The position numbers were made by a program, and so were the translations under genes. Of a stretch of 64,000 bases of DNA, positions 1 through 10,510 are shown one piece after another. The notes beneath the pieces are model-generated. The model saw only the letters and a list, made by a program, of their open reading frames with translations. It was not told the DNA's origin and made no database searches. The DNA comes from an uncultured Candidatus Rokubacteria bacterium (GTDB lineage Bacteria > Methylomirabilota > Methylomirabilia > Rokubacteriales > CSP1-6): contig CAWBMV010000020.1 in NCBI GenBank assembly GCA_963789955.1, positions 1 through 64,000 on the forward strand. The letters run 5' to 3'. Position 1 is the stretch's first letter. Each line of letters starts with the position of its first letter.

Positions 1-1805
1 CGGTACTGGTACGAGCCTATGACGCGCTCCTCGGCCTGGGGATGAAGCTGCGCGGTCTCCTCCGTCACGTTCGAGCGAGCGTCGTAGCGCCGACGCAGGG
101 CGCTGCCGTCCGACCTACGAAGCACGATGAGCCGCCCGGCCAGATCGTATTCGTATTCCTCGACGCGGCCGTCGAAGAACTGCCGACGGATGAGGCGGCC
201 AATGGCATCGTAGGCTTCTCGGAGCTCTTCGTTGCGCGGATTCACGAGGGCGATCCGCCGACCCTCAGTGTCGTAGCGGTATGTAATCGTCCCGCCATCG
301 GGCTCGATCACACGCGTCACGTTCCCGAAGAGATCGTATTCGAAGCTCCACGTGGAGCCGTTGAGGTACTGAAAGCGCACGGGCTGGCCGTCGGCGTTGA
401 AGGTGTAGCTGACCTGGCTGCCGTCCGGCAGTCGATCGACGGTGATCCGGCCGTCGAAATCGGTCTCGAAGGACTCGCGCAAACCTTCTGGATCAGAGAT
501 CAGGACCGGGCGACCCCACGGGTCGAACTCGGCCCGGAAGTGGCCGAGCTCGTCGGCCACCTCGAGCCACCGCATGCCGTCATCGTTCCGGCGCCTGACG
601 ACACGCCCCTCCGCGTCGGTCTGTCTGAGGATCTCACCGTGGGGGGCGCGCTCGAACGTCGCTCGCTCCCCGAGCGGGCTCTGGTACGCGACGACACGGG
701 ATCGTTCGTCGTAGTCCCAGGTGAAGGTATGGCCGTCCGGATCGACGATGCGCACGCAGCGGTCGTTCTCATCGTACGTGTACTTGTGCTCCCCGGCCAT
801 CGGGTCGACTGCGGTGAGGAGGTTGCCTCGTGCATCGAACTCTCGACGCGACGTGTGTCCCATGGGATCGATGGACAGGCGGATGCCCCCGAGCGATCGG
901 GTCTCCCAGACGCCGCCGAGCGGATCCACGGTCTTGGAGATCCCGCCGCCGAGACCCAAGAAATACGTCGTGGTCGCACCAACGCTATCGGTGACGCGCG
1001 TGATGCGCCGGACCGGGTCATATTCGAGCGTGCGCTCGAGGTAGCGGCCGTCACCCCAGCTCTTCGTGCACCGCCCCTGAGCGTCGTACTGGAAGTAGAA
1101 GGAGCCGCCCACGCGGTTGGTCTCGCGCACGAGCCGGTGCTGCTCGTCGTACGCGTACTGGATGGGGGCTCCTGCCGGGTTGAACGCATGAGTCATCCGG
1201 CCGAAGTCATCGTAATCGTAGCTCACCACTGTTCGCGGGTTGAAGCCGGGCACCCAGAGCTCGACGTCCCGCAGCAGGTCTTCGTTGCCGTACTTCAGCT
1301 GAAAGGTGCGGGCGAGCCTTGGCTGCTCGATGGACTGCAGCCGCCGCCGGTCGTCGTACCGCAGGACGACGGCGTTCTCCGACTCGTCCTCGATCCGTGT
1401 CAGGAGATACCGCCCGTCGGGAGCACCGTGCTCGAAGATGAGCCACTGGCGGTGATGCCAGTACCAGATCGCCCATCCCCTCCCGGAGTTGTGCAGCTCC
1501 ATCTGCGCGGCGTAGTCGATGGAGGGCTGCGCTCCGGCGGGTGGAGTGAATACGACCGGGCTGCCTTCCTCGTTGATCAGCTGGAGCGTCCCGTCCCCCG
1601 TGGTCAGCGTCATGAAATACGGGCAAGCCCAGCCGCGACCGAGGGGGGTCATCGCCAGATTGCCGGTCTGATAGAAGCGGCGCCACTGAACGGGCGGGCG
1701 CCCAGGATATTCGAAATCGTTCCAGGCCGTGAAGACGATACCGCTGGCGATATCGACCGGGTGACCGACGGATACGCGCTCGTCGTGACGAGTTAGATCG
1801 GCCAC
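1..1805 (-). CDS. RHS/YD-repeat protein, N-terminal part (3' end lies outside the window); probable T6SS effector
   Basis: Translated by hand at both ends, which share a frame (not in the ORF track because no stop lies in the window). GTG at 1805 with GGAG SD; MADLTRHDERVSVGHPVDIASG (DUF6531-like GHPVD motif); YD repeats such as YDAIGRLIRRQFFDGRVEEYEYDLAGRL at the left edge. Confidence 0.88.
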   Translation of the reverse strand, partial: MADLTRHDERVSVGHPVDIASGIVFTAWNDFEYPGRPPVQWRRFYQTGNLAMTPLGRGWACPYFMTLTTGDGTLQLINEEGSPVVFTPPAGAQPSIDYAAQMELHNSGRGWAIWYWHHRQWLIFEHGAPDGRYLLTRIEDESENAVVLRYDDRRRLQSIEQPRLARTFQLKYGNEDLLRDVELWVPGFNPRTVVSYDYDDFGRMTHAFNPAGAPIQYAYDEQHRLVRETNRVGGSFYFQYDAQGRCTKSWGDGRYLERTLEYDPVRRITRVTDSVGATTTYFLGLGGGISKTVDPLGGVWETRSLGGIRLSIDPMGHTSRREFDARGNLLTAVDPMAGEHKYTYDENDRCVRIVDPDGHTFTWDYDERSRVVAYQSPLGERATFERAPHGEILRQTDAEGRVVRRRNDDGMRWLEVADELGHFRAEFDPWGRPVLISDPEGLRESFETDFDGRITVDRLPDGSQVSYTFNADGQPVRFQYLNGSTWSFEYDLFGNVTRVIEPDGGTITYRYDTEGRRIALVNPRNEELREAYDAIGRLIRRQFFDGRVEEYEYDLAGRLIVLRRSDGSALRRRYDARSNVTEETAQLHPQAEERVIGSYQY

Positions 1806-1806
1806 G

Positions 1807-2598
1807 CTATTCTCCATGGCTCGACGGGGTGGGCTTGCGATCTTCCTTCGAGGTGAGCTTCGACACGCCGGAGCTAACTCCTGCGGACACGGCACCTTGC
1901 GCGGCGTTCACGGCGAGGCCGCGCGCGATCGCCGCGAAGCTCACGCCGACCAGCACGTTGCTGAATCCGATTGTCATCGCGTTGGGCACGATCGGGATGT
2001 CGCTGCAGGAGGTCGCCACCAGCGGCGCCACGAACGCCAGCGGGCCGCCGTTGACGGTTACGTTCGGGCTGCCGACGGCGGTCGAGCCCTGGGAGCCACA
2101 ATAGGGAATCGGTGGCATCAGGAGCTTGACCCACGTCTGCCACTGCGTGAACGACGAGAAGGCGCCCTTCATCGATTCCCACGTCGCGGCTTTGCTCGAC
2201 GTATCGATGCCCGTGACGTCCTTGAGGAAGTCCTCGGCCGCGTTCGGCTTTGGAATCAGCGAGGCGATCCCGGCGATCGCGATGTTCGCCAGTGTCGTCA
2301 ACCCCATGAGCACCAGCGCCATCGGGATGTTCGTCAGGTAGCGCTTCCAGTACGAGGTGTTGGTCGGCGTCGGGGGAACGGGGACGCCCTGCGGGATGTG
2401 GCACGAGTACCCCATCGCGCCGACCGTGCAGGCCGGCATGCCGTTGATCATGACATTGGCGCTCGGAAACGTCGGCTGGTACCAGAGGAAGATCACGCCG
2501 AAGTACGGGTGAATCGGAATACCGGGAAGCGGCGCGACGGCGTGCACGTCGATGCCGACGACCATGTCTGTCAGCTTGACCGCGGGCCAGTTCGGCAT
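1807..2598 (-). CDS. PAAR-like spike-tip protein with hydrophobic segments
   Basis: PAAR-type motifs NVMINGMPACTVG, GSPNVTVNGGPLA and GFSNVLVG; hydrophobic stretch IPMALVLMGLTTLANIAIAGIASLI; lies between DUF2169 and RHS genes. Confidence 0.72.
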   Translation of the reverse strand: MPNWPAVKLTDMVVGIDVHAVAPLPGIPIHPYFGVIFLWYQPTFPSANVMINGMPACTVGAMGYSCHIPQGVPVPPTPTNTSYWKRYLTNIPMALVLMGLTTLANIAIAGIASLIPKPNAAEDFLKDVTGIDTSSKAATWESMKGAFSSFTQWQTWVKLLMPPIPYCGSQGSTAVGSPNVTVNGGPLAFVAPLVATSCSDIPIVPNAMTIGFSNVLVGVSFAAIARGLAVNAAQGAVSAGVSSGVSKLTSKEDRKPTPSSHGE

Positions 2599-3729
2599 CT
2601 AGACGAAGACCTCCATCTTCCGCATCTGGGGCAGCCAGTCCGGGCCGGGATACGGCACGGCGCCGCGCCAGACCAGATCGACCTGGCCGTCGGCCCCGCG
2701 GATCATCACCGTGTGCAGGCACGTGGCGGGCTCCTGCACGCCCTCACCGATGTCGAGTCCGATCTTCGGCCGATCCCCGGGCAGCTGGAACCGGCAGTCA
2801 CCGTCGGGAGTCAGGTTCGTCAGCCGGATCCATTCCGTGCCGGACAGGAACGGCAGCACGAGCCCCGGCGAGGCACCGTTGAAGAATCGGAAGTCCATGT
2901 CGGGCAGCTCCGTCTGGGCGTACATCTCGCGCTGAGCCGGTGGAACGATGGTCGCGTAGGCGCGCCGCATCTCGCGCTCAATCGCGCGATCGGCCGGCAT
3001 CACGCCGGCGAGCTCGGCCCGGGGACGCCAGTGCTTGGGGAACCATCCCAAGCCCTGCGGCATCGGCTGTCGCTCCCAGTGCATGAAGTGGCCCAGGCAG
3101 AGACGCTCGGGCGTCAAGCGATCGTTGGGATCCTCGAAGTTCGGCAGCTCGAGCCCGTCGACGGCGCGCTTGGTGTTGGCGATCACGTAGCCCCGCCCCA
3201 GCGGATTCCTTCCATAGGGAGCCGACAGCTTCGGGTCGGAGTAGATGTCCACGCCGCCGTAGGCGCGATCGTAGCGGACCTCGAGGCTGGTCAGGGGCTC
3301 CGGGTCGCTGAAGACGGGCGTCTGGCCCTCCCGGAAGCGACACACACGATCGCCGATGACGAGGAGGTCCTTGCGCACGTCACCGACCTGCACCGACGAC
3401 GTGAAGGACGCGGTCGGCGCTCCATTCGGCGCGTGAGCGGTGGCGTTCACGACGACGTCGGTCGCGAGCTTGAACGGGATGAAGTCGCTCTCGAGCTTCA
3501 CGGGCGAGTTCATCGGATCGTCGAAGTAGACGTCGCCGGAGATCGGCTTGCCGTCCGCGGCGGCGCGCTGGCACATCGTCCCGGGCTTGATGTCATACGT
3601 GCGCTTCACGAGGACGCTCAGGATGTACTGGCCCGACGGCGTCTGGCCGGGCAGCACGATCTTCTGGATCGGCCGCGCGGTGTCGCGCGGCGCATCGCGG
3701 CTCGGCGGCGGCGTGACGTTCGTCGCCAT
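2599..3729 (-). CDS. DUF2169 family T6SS adaptor (copy 2)
   Basis: VKRTY, ESDFIPFKLATDVVV, YDRAYGG, NPLGRG, PNFEDP, FFNGASPGL and LHTVMI..VDLVWRG motifs; downstream of vgrG. Confidence 0.88.
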   Translation of the reverse strand: MATNVTPPPSRDAPRDTARPIQKIVLPGQTPSGQYILSVLVKRTYDIKPGTMCQRAAADGKPISGDVYFDDPMNSPVKLESDFIPFKLATDVVVNATAHAPNGAPTASFTSSVQVGDVRKDLLVIGDRVCRFREGQTPVFSDPEPLTSLEVRYDRAYGGVDIYSDPKLSAPYGRNPLGRGYVIANTKRAVDGLELPNFEDPNDRLTPERLCLGHFMHWERQPMPQGLGWFPKHWRPRAELAGVMPADRAIEREMRRAYATIVPPAQREMYAQTELPDMDFRFFNGASPGLVLPFLSGTEWIRLTNLTPDGDCRFQLPGDRPKIGLDIGEGVQEPATCLHTVMIRGADGQVDLVWRGAVPYPGPDWLPQMRKMEVFV

Positions 3730-3732
3730 CGC

Positions 3733-4833
3733 TCAGGTCACCACCGCCGTGAGGCGCTTCATCTCCGGGAGCCAGTCGACGCCCGGAAACGGATGCGCCC
3801 CCCGCCAGACCAGATCCACCTCCATCTCGTCGACCCTGATGCATACGGTGTGCAGGACCGGCTTCAGCGGGCGCTCGCCCAGGCCGATGTCGAGCGTCAT
3901 CCCGGGCGTCTCGCTCGGAAGCGAGAAGTCCAGCGAGCCTTCCGGCGTCAGGTTTCGCAGCCGGACGAGCTCTCCGCCCGTCAGGTACGGGAGAGCCAGC
4001 CCCAGCGACGCGCCGTTGTTGAAGCGGACGTCGAAGCCGGGCAGCTTGAAGCGCCGGGCGAGCGCGATCTGTCCGGCCGGAACGAGGCCCAAGATCTCCT
4101 CGCGCATGACTTCGTCCGGATCGACGAACCCGGGGACCGCCCCGACGAACGAGCACCGTGGATACCACGTCCGCTGGAACCAGCCGAACCCCTGGGGCAG
4201 CGGCTGCCCGTTCCACCGCTCCGGCTCGCCGAGGATGATCCGCTCCGGCGTGAGCAGATCGTCGGGGTCCTCGAGGTTGGGCAGCGTGAGACCATCAACG
4301 GTCTCGCGAGTGTTGGTCAATACGAATCCGGCGCCGTGATGGTTCCGTGGATACGGCCACATCCGCGCCGGGTCGTCCCGCAGGTAGATGCCCCCGTACG
4401 CGCGTTCGTATCGGATCGGCATTCTGGTGAACGGCTCCGGATCGGTGAACGCCGGCGGCCGGTCGGCGCGGTAGACACAGCGCCGGTCGCCGATCACGCG
4501 AATGACCTTCCGGTGGTCGCCGACCGCGAGCCCGACCGCCGTCTGCGTGGTCGGCGTCTCAGCGGGCGCGTGCGCGTGCCCGATCAGCACGACATCGGTC
4601 TTGAGCTTGTAGGGCGCCAGGTCGTTCTCGAACTTCACCGTCGACGATTCCGGGTCGCCCTGGTCGTAGTACACATCCGTCCGCGCGAGAGGATTCGCAT
4701 TGGGCTTTCGCTGGGCCGCGCGCCCCGGATGGATCTGATACGTCCGCTTGGCCAGCACCGAAAAGATCGGCGTCCGGGTTTCGGTCTCGCCGACCACGAC
4801 GATGAATTCTTCCTTGGTCTCGACCGTCGCCAC
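3733..4833 (-). CDS. DUF2169 family T6SS adaptor (copy 1)
   Basis: ENDLAPYKLKTDVVLIG, YERAYGG, PNLEDP, FNNGASLGL and VDLVWRG motifs; aligns along its length with 2599-3729. Confidence 0.88.
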   Translation of the reverse strand: MATVETKEEFIVVVGETETRTPIFSVLAKRTYQIHPGRAAQRKPNANPLARTDVYYDQGDPESSTVKFENDLAPYKLKTDVVLIGHAHAPAETPTTQTAVGLAVGDHRKVIRVIGDRRCVYRADRPPAFTDPEPFTRMPIRYERAYGGIYLRDDPARMWPYPRNHHGAGFVLTNTRETVDGLTLPNLEDPDDLLTPERIILGEPERWNGQPLPQGFGWFQRTWYPRCSFVGAVPGFVDPDEVMREEILGLVPAGQIALARRFKLPGFDVRFNNGASLGLALPYLTGGELVRLRNLTPEGSLDFSLPSETPGMTLDIGLGERPLKPVLHTVCIRVDEMEVDLVWRGAHPFPGVDWLPEMKRLTAVVT

Positions 4834-4851
4834 GCAGTCCTCGGTTCAGTG

Positions 4852-6789
4852 CTACGGGTTCAGCATGACCATGCCGCCCTTGACCGTATTCGTCGCGCTG
4901 CCCTCGGAGATGACGATCGAGCCCTTCGTCTGGTGCTGGCTGTCCGCCTCCGACGTCACCTCGCCGCCATGCGTCCGCACCTTCGAGCTGCCATCGATCG
5001 CGATGTTCACACCGCTCAGCTCGATCCGGCCGTCCGAGAACATGTGCAAGGTGCTGGAGCCGACCTTCAGCTTGATCTCCGTCGAGGCCGTGATGTAGAC
5101 GTGGCCGGTCTGCGACGTGATGTCGATGTCCTTGTTGACGGTGACCACCTCTTTGCCCTGGGTCACGCTAATCGTCGTGTCCTTCTTGATCGTCTCGGTG
5201 TGCGTGCCGTCCACGGTGATCTTGCGGTCGTTCTTGATCGTGTCGGTCTGGTCGTGCTCGATGGTGGTGTTCATGTCGTACTGCCCGTGGATGGTGATCT
5301 TCTCCTTGCCGGCGGTGTCGTCAGCGGAGATCTCGTTGTAGCCGGTGCCTTTGTGGGTCTTGGACTTGATGCCGCTGACGACCGCGGCGCCCGGCAGCGA
5401 CGTAGGGCGGCATCTTGTCGCCGTTGTAGACGCGCCCGATGATGATGCGGCTGATCGGGATCGCCCTCCAGGAAGTCGACGATCACCTCCTGGCCGATGC
5501 GCGGGATCGAGATCGATGCCCCAGCCCTTGCCGGCCCACGGCTGCGACGACGCGGATCCAGCAGCTCGAGTTCTCGTCGCCCTTGCCGTAGCGGTCCCAG
5601 TGGAACTGCACCTTGACCCGGCCGTACTTGTCGCACCAGATCTCCTCGCCGCCGGGCCCGACGACGATCGCGGTCTGGGGGCCCTCCACGATGGGCCGCG
5701 GCGTGGTCCGGGCGGGCCGGAACTGCTGCTCGGTCTGCAGCACGGTGAACGCGCACCCGTAGCAGGCGCGTCCTCGCGCCGACGATCTCGTAGGCGTTGT
5801 CCCGCAGATCGTACGCGGCGCTGACGATCAGGTACTCGCGCTCCTGGTCGCCGCGCGGCGCGTTGGTCAGGGTGAAGAGGCGGCCGACGGCGATGTCCGC
5901 GCACGTTGCACTCGGCGTCGACGCGGTCGAACTCGGTGTGGAGCTCGTCGACGCGGATCTGCACGTAGTGCTCGCCGTCACCCGCCTCGCGGTACTCGCC
6001 GGGCCAGTCGAAGATCTCGTAGTTCGCGCGCTCGTGCGGCTGGACCAGCCGCGCCTTCGACATCAGCTCGGCCTTGGGCTTGGTCGAAGTCGTAGTCGTC
6101 GTAGCACCGACGTCGCCGGCCTGGATGTCCTGGGCGAACGTCCAGGCGTGGATGTGCTCCTCGTCAGCCCGGATCTCCTTGCCCGGCGGATAGTACGGCG
6201 ATGGTCGCCTCGTTCTCGAGCGGCTTGTGCCCGGAGTCGGAGTCGACCAGCTTCAGCACGTGCCGGCCCTCGTGGTGCTCGAAGTAGTAGTAGATCCCTT
6301 CCTCTTCCATCAGACGGCTCACGAAGTCGAAGTCGGTCTCGCGGTACTGGACGCAGTACTCGCGCTTGCGTAGGTCCCGGTGAGCCGCTCCTCGAACACC
6401 GCCACCGGGTGATCGGCGAAGACCTCCTTGATGATCTCGGGCAGCGTCTTGTCCTGGAAGATGCGGCAGTCGGTGGTCCGCGTGAGGAACCAGAGCCACG
6501 ACCGCACGCGTCATCCGGTACTCGTAGTAGCGCCCGACCAGTCCCGCCCTGGGCGAAGCGCGTGACGTAGCCGTTGAAGTAGCGGAAGCCGCCCTTCAGC
6601 TGCTCGAGCTTCACGGTGACGTTCTTGCCGAGCAGATCGCTCGGGTTGATGTCGGGCGCGCCGACACCGCCGACGAGCTCGAACTCCGACGAGCCGCCCC
6701 AGCTCCTCGCGCCCGCGCAGCGCGCGGAAGAGCAGGTCCTTCCCGACCGGGGTGGTCAGCTCGATCATCCGCGCCATCATGGCGCTCAT
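4852..6789 (-). CDS. vgrG: T6SS spike VgrG/TssI (several frameshifts, probably read errors)
   Basis: Fragments in successive frames: LLFRALRGREELGRL, WLWFLTRTTDCRIFQDKT, REYCVQYRETDFDFVSRLMEEEGIYYYFEH, EIFDWPGEY, GPQTAIVVGPGGEEIWCDKYGRVKVQFHWDR, IPRIGQEVIVDFLEGDPD, then gp5-like C-terminal repeats. ATGA overlap with the tssH stop. Confidence 0.93.
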
Positions 6790-9440
6790 GCCAGATCGAA
6801 CGAGAAGTCGCCGTTCCTGACCCCGAGCGTGATGGCACCCAACGGGCGCCCGGCGACCATGCGGGACAGATACTCCTCGCTGATCCGCGGCAGGATCGTG
6901 TTGGTCAGGATCGCGTCGATCATGCGGCCTCCGCTCTCCACCTCGGTGCACCGCGAGACCACCAGCTTGACGACCGCGTCGTCGTAGGTGAAGGGCACCT
7001 TGTGATGTTCGGCGATGCGCCGCGCGATGCGATCGAGCTGCAGCCGGACGATGGCGCCCAGGATCGTGTCGGGCAGCGGGTAGTACGGAATGACCACGAG
7101 ACGTCCCAGCAGCGCCGGCGGGAACACCTTCAGCAACGGCTCCCGCACCGCGCGGGCCAGCGCTTCGGGATCGGGCAAGAGATCGGGATCCTTGCAGAGC
7201 GCCATCATCCGATCGGTCCCGGTGTTGGAGGTCAGGAGGATCACCGTGTTCTTGAAATCGATGTAGCGGCCGTCGCTGTCCTCCATGAAGCCCTTGTCGA
7301 AGACCTGGAAGAAGATCTCGTGGACGTCGGGATGCGCCTTCTCGACCTCGTCCAGCAGCACCACGCTGTAGGGCCGACGGCGGACCGCCTCGGTCAGCAC
7401 CCCGCCGCGCTCGTAGCCGACGTAGCCGGGAGGCGCGCCCTTGAGCGTGGAGACCGTGTGCGCCTCCTGGAACTCGCTCATGTTGATCGTGATCACGTTC
7501 TCCTGGCCGCCGTAGAGCGACTCGGCCAGCGCCAGCGCCGTCTCGGTCTTCCCGACGCCCGACGGCCCCACCAGGAGGAACACGCCGATGGGCTTCTCGG
7601 GGTTGTCCAGGCGCGCGCGCGAGGTCTGGATACGCTTGGCGATCATCTCGAGACCGTGGCGCTGGCCCACGACGCGCCCGGCAAGCGTGTCGACGAGCTT
7701 CAGGACGGCCTCCACCTCGTTCTTGACCATCCGGCCCACCGGGACACCCGTCCAGTCGGACACCACCGCCGCCACGGCCTGGGCGTCGACGCTGGGCAGG
7801 ATCAGGGGCGCGTCGCCTTGCGCCTTGGCGAGCGTCGACTGCAGCCCGCGCAGCTCGGTCAGCCGCGCCTCACGTACCGCGGGCTCCTTGGCCTCGGTGT
7901 CCTCGCGCAGCTGACGGCGCAGCTCGAGAATCCGGTCGACCAGGGTCCGCTCCTCCGCCCAGCGCTGCTCGAGCCCGGCCAGCCGCTCCTTCTCGGTCCC
8001 GAGCAGGCCCTCGGCGTCGGTGCGGCGCGAGCCGATCGCGAATCCCGCCGCTTCTTCGCGCGCGATGATGTCGAGCTCGGTCTGCAACGCCTCGATCCGC
8101 CGGCGCGAGTCCTCGACCTCGGGCGGCGTGGCGTGCTGGCTCACCGCCACGCGGGCGCAGGTCGTGTCCAGCAGGCTCACCGCCTTGTCCGGGAGCTGGC
8201 GTGCGGGAATGTAGCGATGCGAGAGCTTCACCGCCGCGTCGAGCGCTTCGTCGAGGAGCTGGACGCGATGGTGCTTCTCGAGCGTCGAGGCGACGCCGCG
8301 CAGCATCAGCAGCGCCTTCGACTCGGTCGGCTCGAGCACCTGCACCACCTGGAAGCGGCGGGTGAGCGCGGGATCCTTCTCGATGTACTTCTTGTATTCG
8401 GCCCACGTCGTCGCGGCGATGGTTCTCAGAGTCCCGCGCGCCAGCGCCGGCTTCAGGAGATTGGCCGCGTCGCCCGTGCCGGCGGCGCCGCCGGCGCCGA
8501 TCAGGGTGTGCGCTTCGTCGATGAAGAGGATGATCGGCTTCGCGGAGGCCTGCACCTCGTCGATCACGGAGCGCAGCCGGTTCTCGAACTCCCCTTTCAT
8601 GCTGGCGCCGGCCTGCAGCAATCCGATGTCGAGCACCCAGAGCTGCACGTCCTTGAGCGAGGGCGGCACGTCGCCGTTGGCGATGCGGAGCGCGAAGCCT
8701 TCGGCCACCGCGGTCTTGCCGACTCCGGCTTCGCCCGTCAGGATCGGATTGTTCTGGCGCCGGCGCATCAGGATGTCGATGACCTGCCGGATCTCCTCGT
8801 CACGGCCCGTGACCGGGTCGATCTGGCCCGCGCGCGCCCGTGCCGTCAGATCGGAGGCGAAGCGCCGCAGCGCCTCCTGCTTGCCCATGGCGGCCGGCGG
8901 GATGGCGTTGCTCGCTTCACCCGGCGTCCCCGGCGCGAATCCATCGCTTGCGGTCTGTCCGTCCTCCGGCGAGCCCTTGACGATGCGCGCGAAGTCTTCG
9001 GTCAAGGTCTCCACCTTGACCTTCTCGAATTCGCCGGAGATTCTCGTCAGCACGTTGCGCAGCCGATCGTTCTTGAGAAGCCCGACCAGGAGATAGCCGC
9101 TGCGCACCTGCGATTCGCCGAACAGGAGCGTCGCGTACATCCAGCCTTCCTTGACCGCGTAGGGCAGATGCTCCGAGAAGTCCTCGATGGCCGAGGCCCC
9201 GCGCGGGAGCCGCTCGAGCGTGGTCTGGAAATCGCGCACGAGCCGCGCGGTGTCGACCTCGAAATGGCGCAGGATGCGATGCATATCCGAGTCCGGCAGG
9301 TTGACGATCTGAAAGAGCCAGTGACTCAGATCGACGTGCGGGTTGCCCCGCAGCTTGCAGAACGTCACCGCGCCTTCAGCCGACTTGAACATGAGCGGGT
9401 TGAGCTTGCCGAACAGGGTCGCACGGCTGATCTCGGCCAT
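6786..9440 (-). CDS. tssH: T6SS AAA+ ATPase ClpV/TssH
   Basis: Two Walker A motifs (GEAGVGKT, GPSGVGKT); RRRQNNPILTG; LLQAGASMKGEFENRL; ClpV-type N-terminus. Confidence 0.97.
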   Translation of the reverse strand: MAEISRATLFGKLNPLMFKSAEGAVTFCKLRGNPHVDLSHWLFQIVNLPDSDMHRILRHFEVDTARLVRDFQTTLERLPRGASAIEDFSEHLPYAVKEGWMYATLLFGESQVRSGYLLVGLLKNDRLRNVLTRISGEFEKVKVETLTEDFARIVKGSPEDGQTASDGFAPGTPGEASNAIPPAAMGKQEALRRFASDLTARARAGQIDPVTGRDEEIRQVIDILMRRRQNNPILTGEAGVGKTAVAEGFALRIANGDVPPSLKDVQLWVLDIGLLQAGASMKGEFENRLRSVIDEVQASAKPIILFIDEAHTLIGAGGAAGTGDAANLLKPALARGTLRTIAATTWAEYKKYIEKDPALTRRFQVVQVLEPTESKALLMLRGVASTLEKHHRVQLLDEALDAAVKLSHRYIPARQLPDKAVSLLDTTCARVAVSQHATPPEVEDSRRRIEALQTELDIIAREEAAGFAIGSRRTDAEGLLGTEKERLAGLEQRWAEERTLVDRILELRRQLREDTEAKEPAVREARLTELRGLQSTLAKAQGDAPLILPSVDAQAVAAVVSDWTGVPVGRMVKNEVEAVLKLVDTLAGRVVGQRHGLEMIAKRIQTSRARLDNPEKPIGVFLLVGPSGVGKTETALALAESLYGGQENVITINMSEFQEAHTVSTLKGAPPGYVGYERGGVLTEAVRRRPYSVVLLDEVEKAHPDVHEIFFQVFDKGFMEDSDGRYIDFKNTVILLTSNTGTDRMMALCKDPDLLPDPEALARAVREPLLKVFPPALLGRLVVIPYYPLPDTILGAIVRLQLDRIARRIAEHHKVPFTYDDAVVKLVVSRCTEVESGGRMIDAILTNTILPRISEEYLSRMVAGRPLGAITLGVRNGDFSFDLA

Positions 9441-9453
9441 GGGTCGTCCTCTC

Positions 9454-10510
9454 TTATGCCGCCGCTCGAGTCGTCCGAGGCGGCCGCGCGCGCTCTGGTG
9501 ACAAGGTCAGGTCGTCAGCGTCGGTCGCCGCTTGCCGGGCGCCCAGCCACGTCGTCCATCCCAGCTGGCCTTCACGCCCGAGGCGGATACCGGGCACCTC
9601 GTCGCGCGCCAGGACGAGCTGGACGTCCCAGTCGAACTCGATACCCGACGTAGTTGCGCACCCAGTGCTTGAGCCGCTCGAGGCTGCGACCACCCGGCAG
9701 GAAATCGCAGAAGCGGTCGAGATCCATCGGCCCCATCACGGCGCGGAAGCGGCTCTGAACGTCTCGCACACGCTCGCCGAGCACGGTGCCGCGACCGAGC
9801 ATCCCGCTGAGCCTCGGCGCGCCGCCGAGCACGGTCCGCTGGTCGCGCGGCAATTCGAGCCAGCCCAGCACGAACTGATCGACACGCGTCGGAAGCCGGA
9901 AGAACCCCTCCAGGATCGACGCGAGTCCCTCGGCGTTCTTTGGATTGCGCGCCAGATGCCCGACGAAGAATCGCTTCGCATGATCGGGCACGGCATCGCG
10001 CGAGACCACGCCGGGCATCCCGTGCCCGGCGAGCGAGCCCACGTACACAGTGAACCGGTCCTGCTCGGGCCGATCCTGGTGGACCGTCGGGCGCGCCTCC
10101 GCCCACGCGCGATAGAAGAGCAATCCCATCCGGTGGTGAAAGAGATCGAGGAAGCGCACCAGGGTCGGATCGCTGTGGTGGATGAGCCGTTCGCGCGCGT
10201 ACTCGGTGAGGTGGAGCGGCAGTGGTCCGTTGGCGCCGAGGAGACCAAAGAATCGTTGCTCGAGCCTCGGCGGCCGGCCGTCGCTCGTTTCGCACGCCGA
10301 CAGGGTCGACGGCGCGAAGGCGACCGACGCCTCCTGCGAGAGGCGCACCGGCTCGTCGCTCGGACGCAGAGCCTTCCCGAGTCTCGGCTTGTCGGCGAAC
10401 AGGCCTTCGATGCGCCGGAGCGCCTGGAAGAAATCGAACGTCCAGGGCGCTCGCGCGAGCGCATCGAATAGCGCTAGACGAGCTGTCGCGCGGCCATCCG
10501 TGGCGGCCAC
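9454..10510 (-). CDS. tssG: T6SS baseplate TssG (frameshift near 9640)
   Basis: FDFFQALRRIE, FFGLLGANGPLPLHLTEY and FLDLFHHRM; C-terminus EFDWDVQLVL..LGWTTWLG in another frame. Confidence 0.95.

Noticed and set aside
42..9653. Long plus-strand ORFs 42-1796, 1816-5442 and 7002-9653
   Set aside because: Antisense shadows of the high-GC RHS, DUF2169/vgrG and tssH genes; no recognisable motifs.
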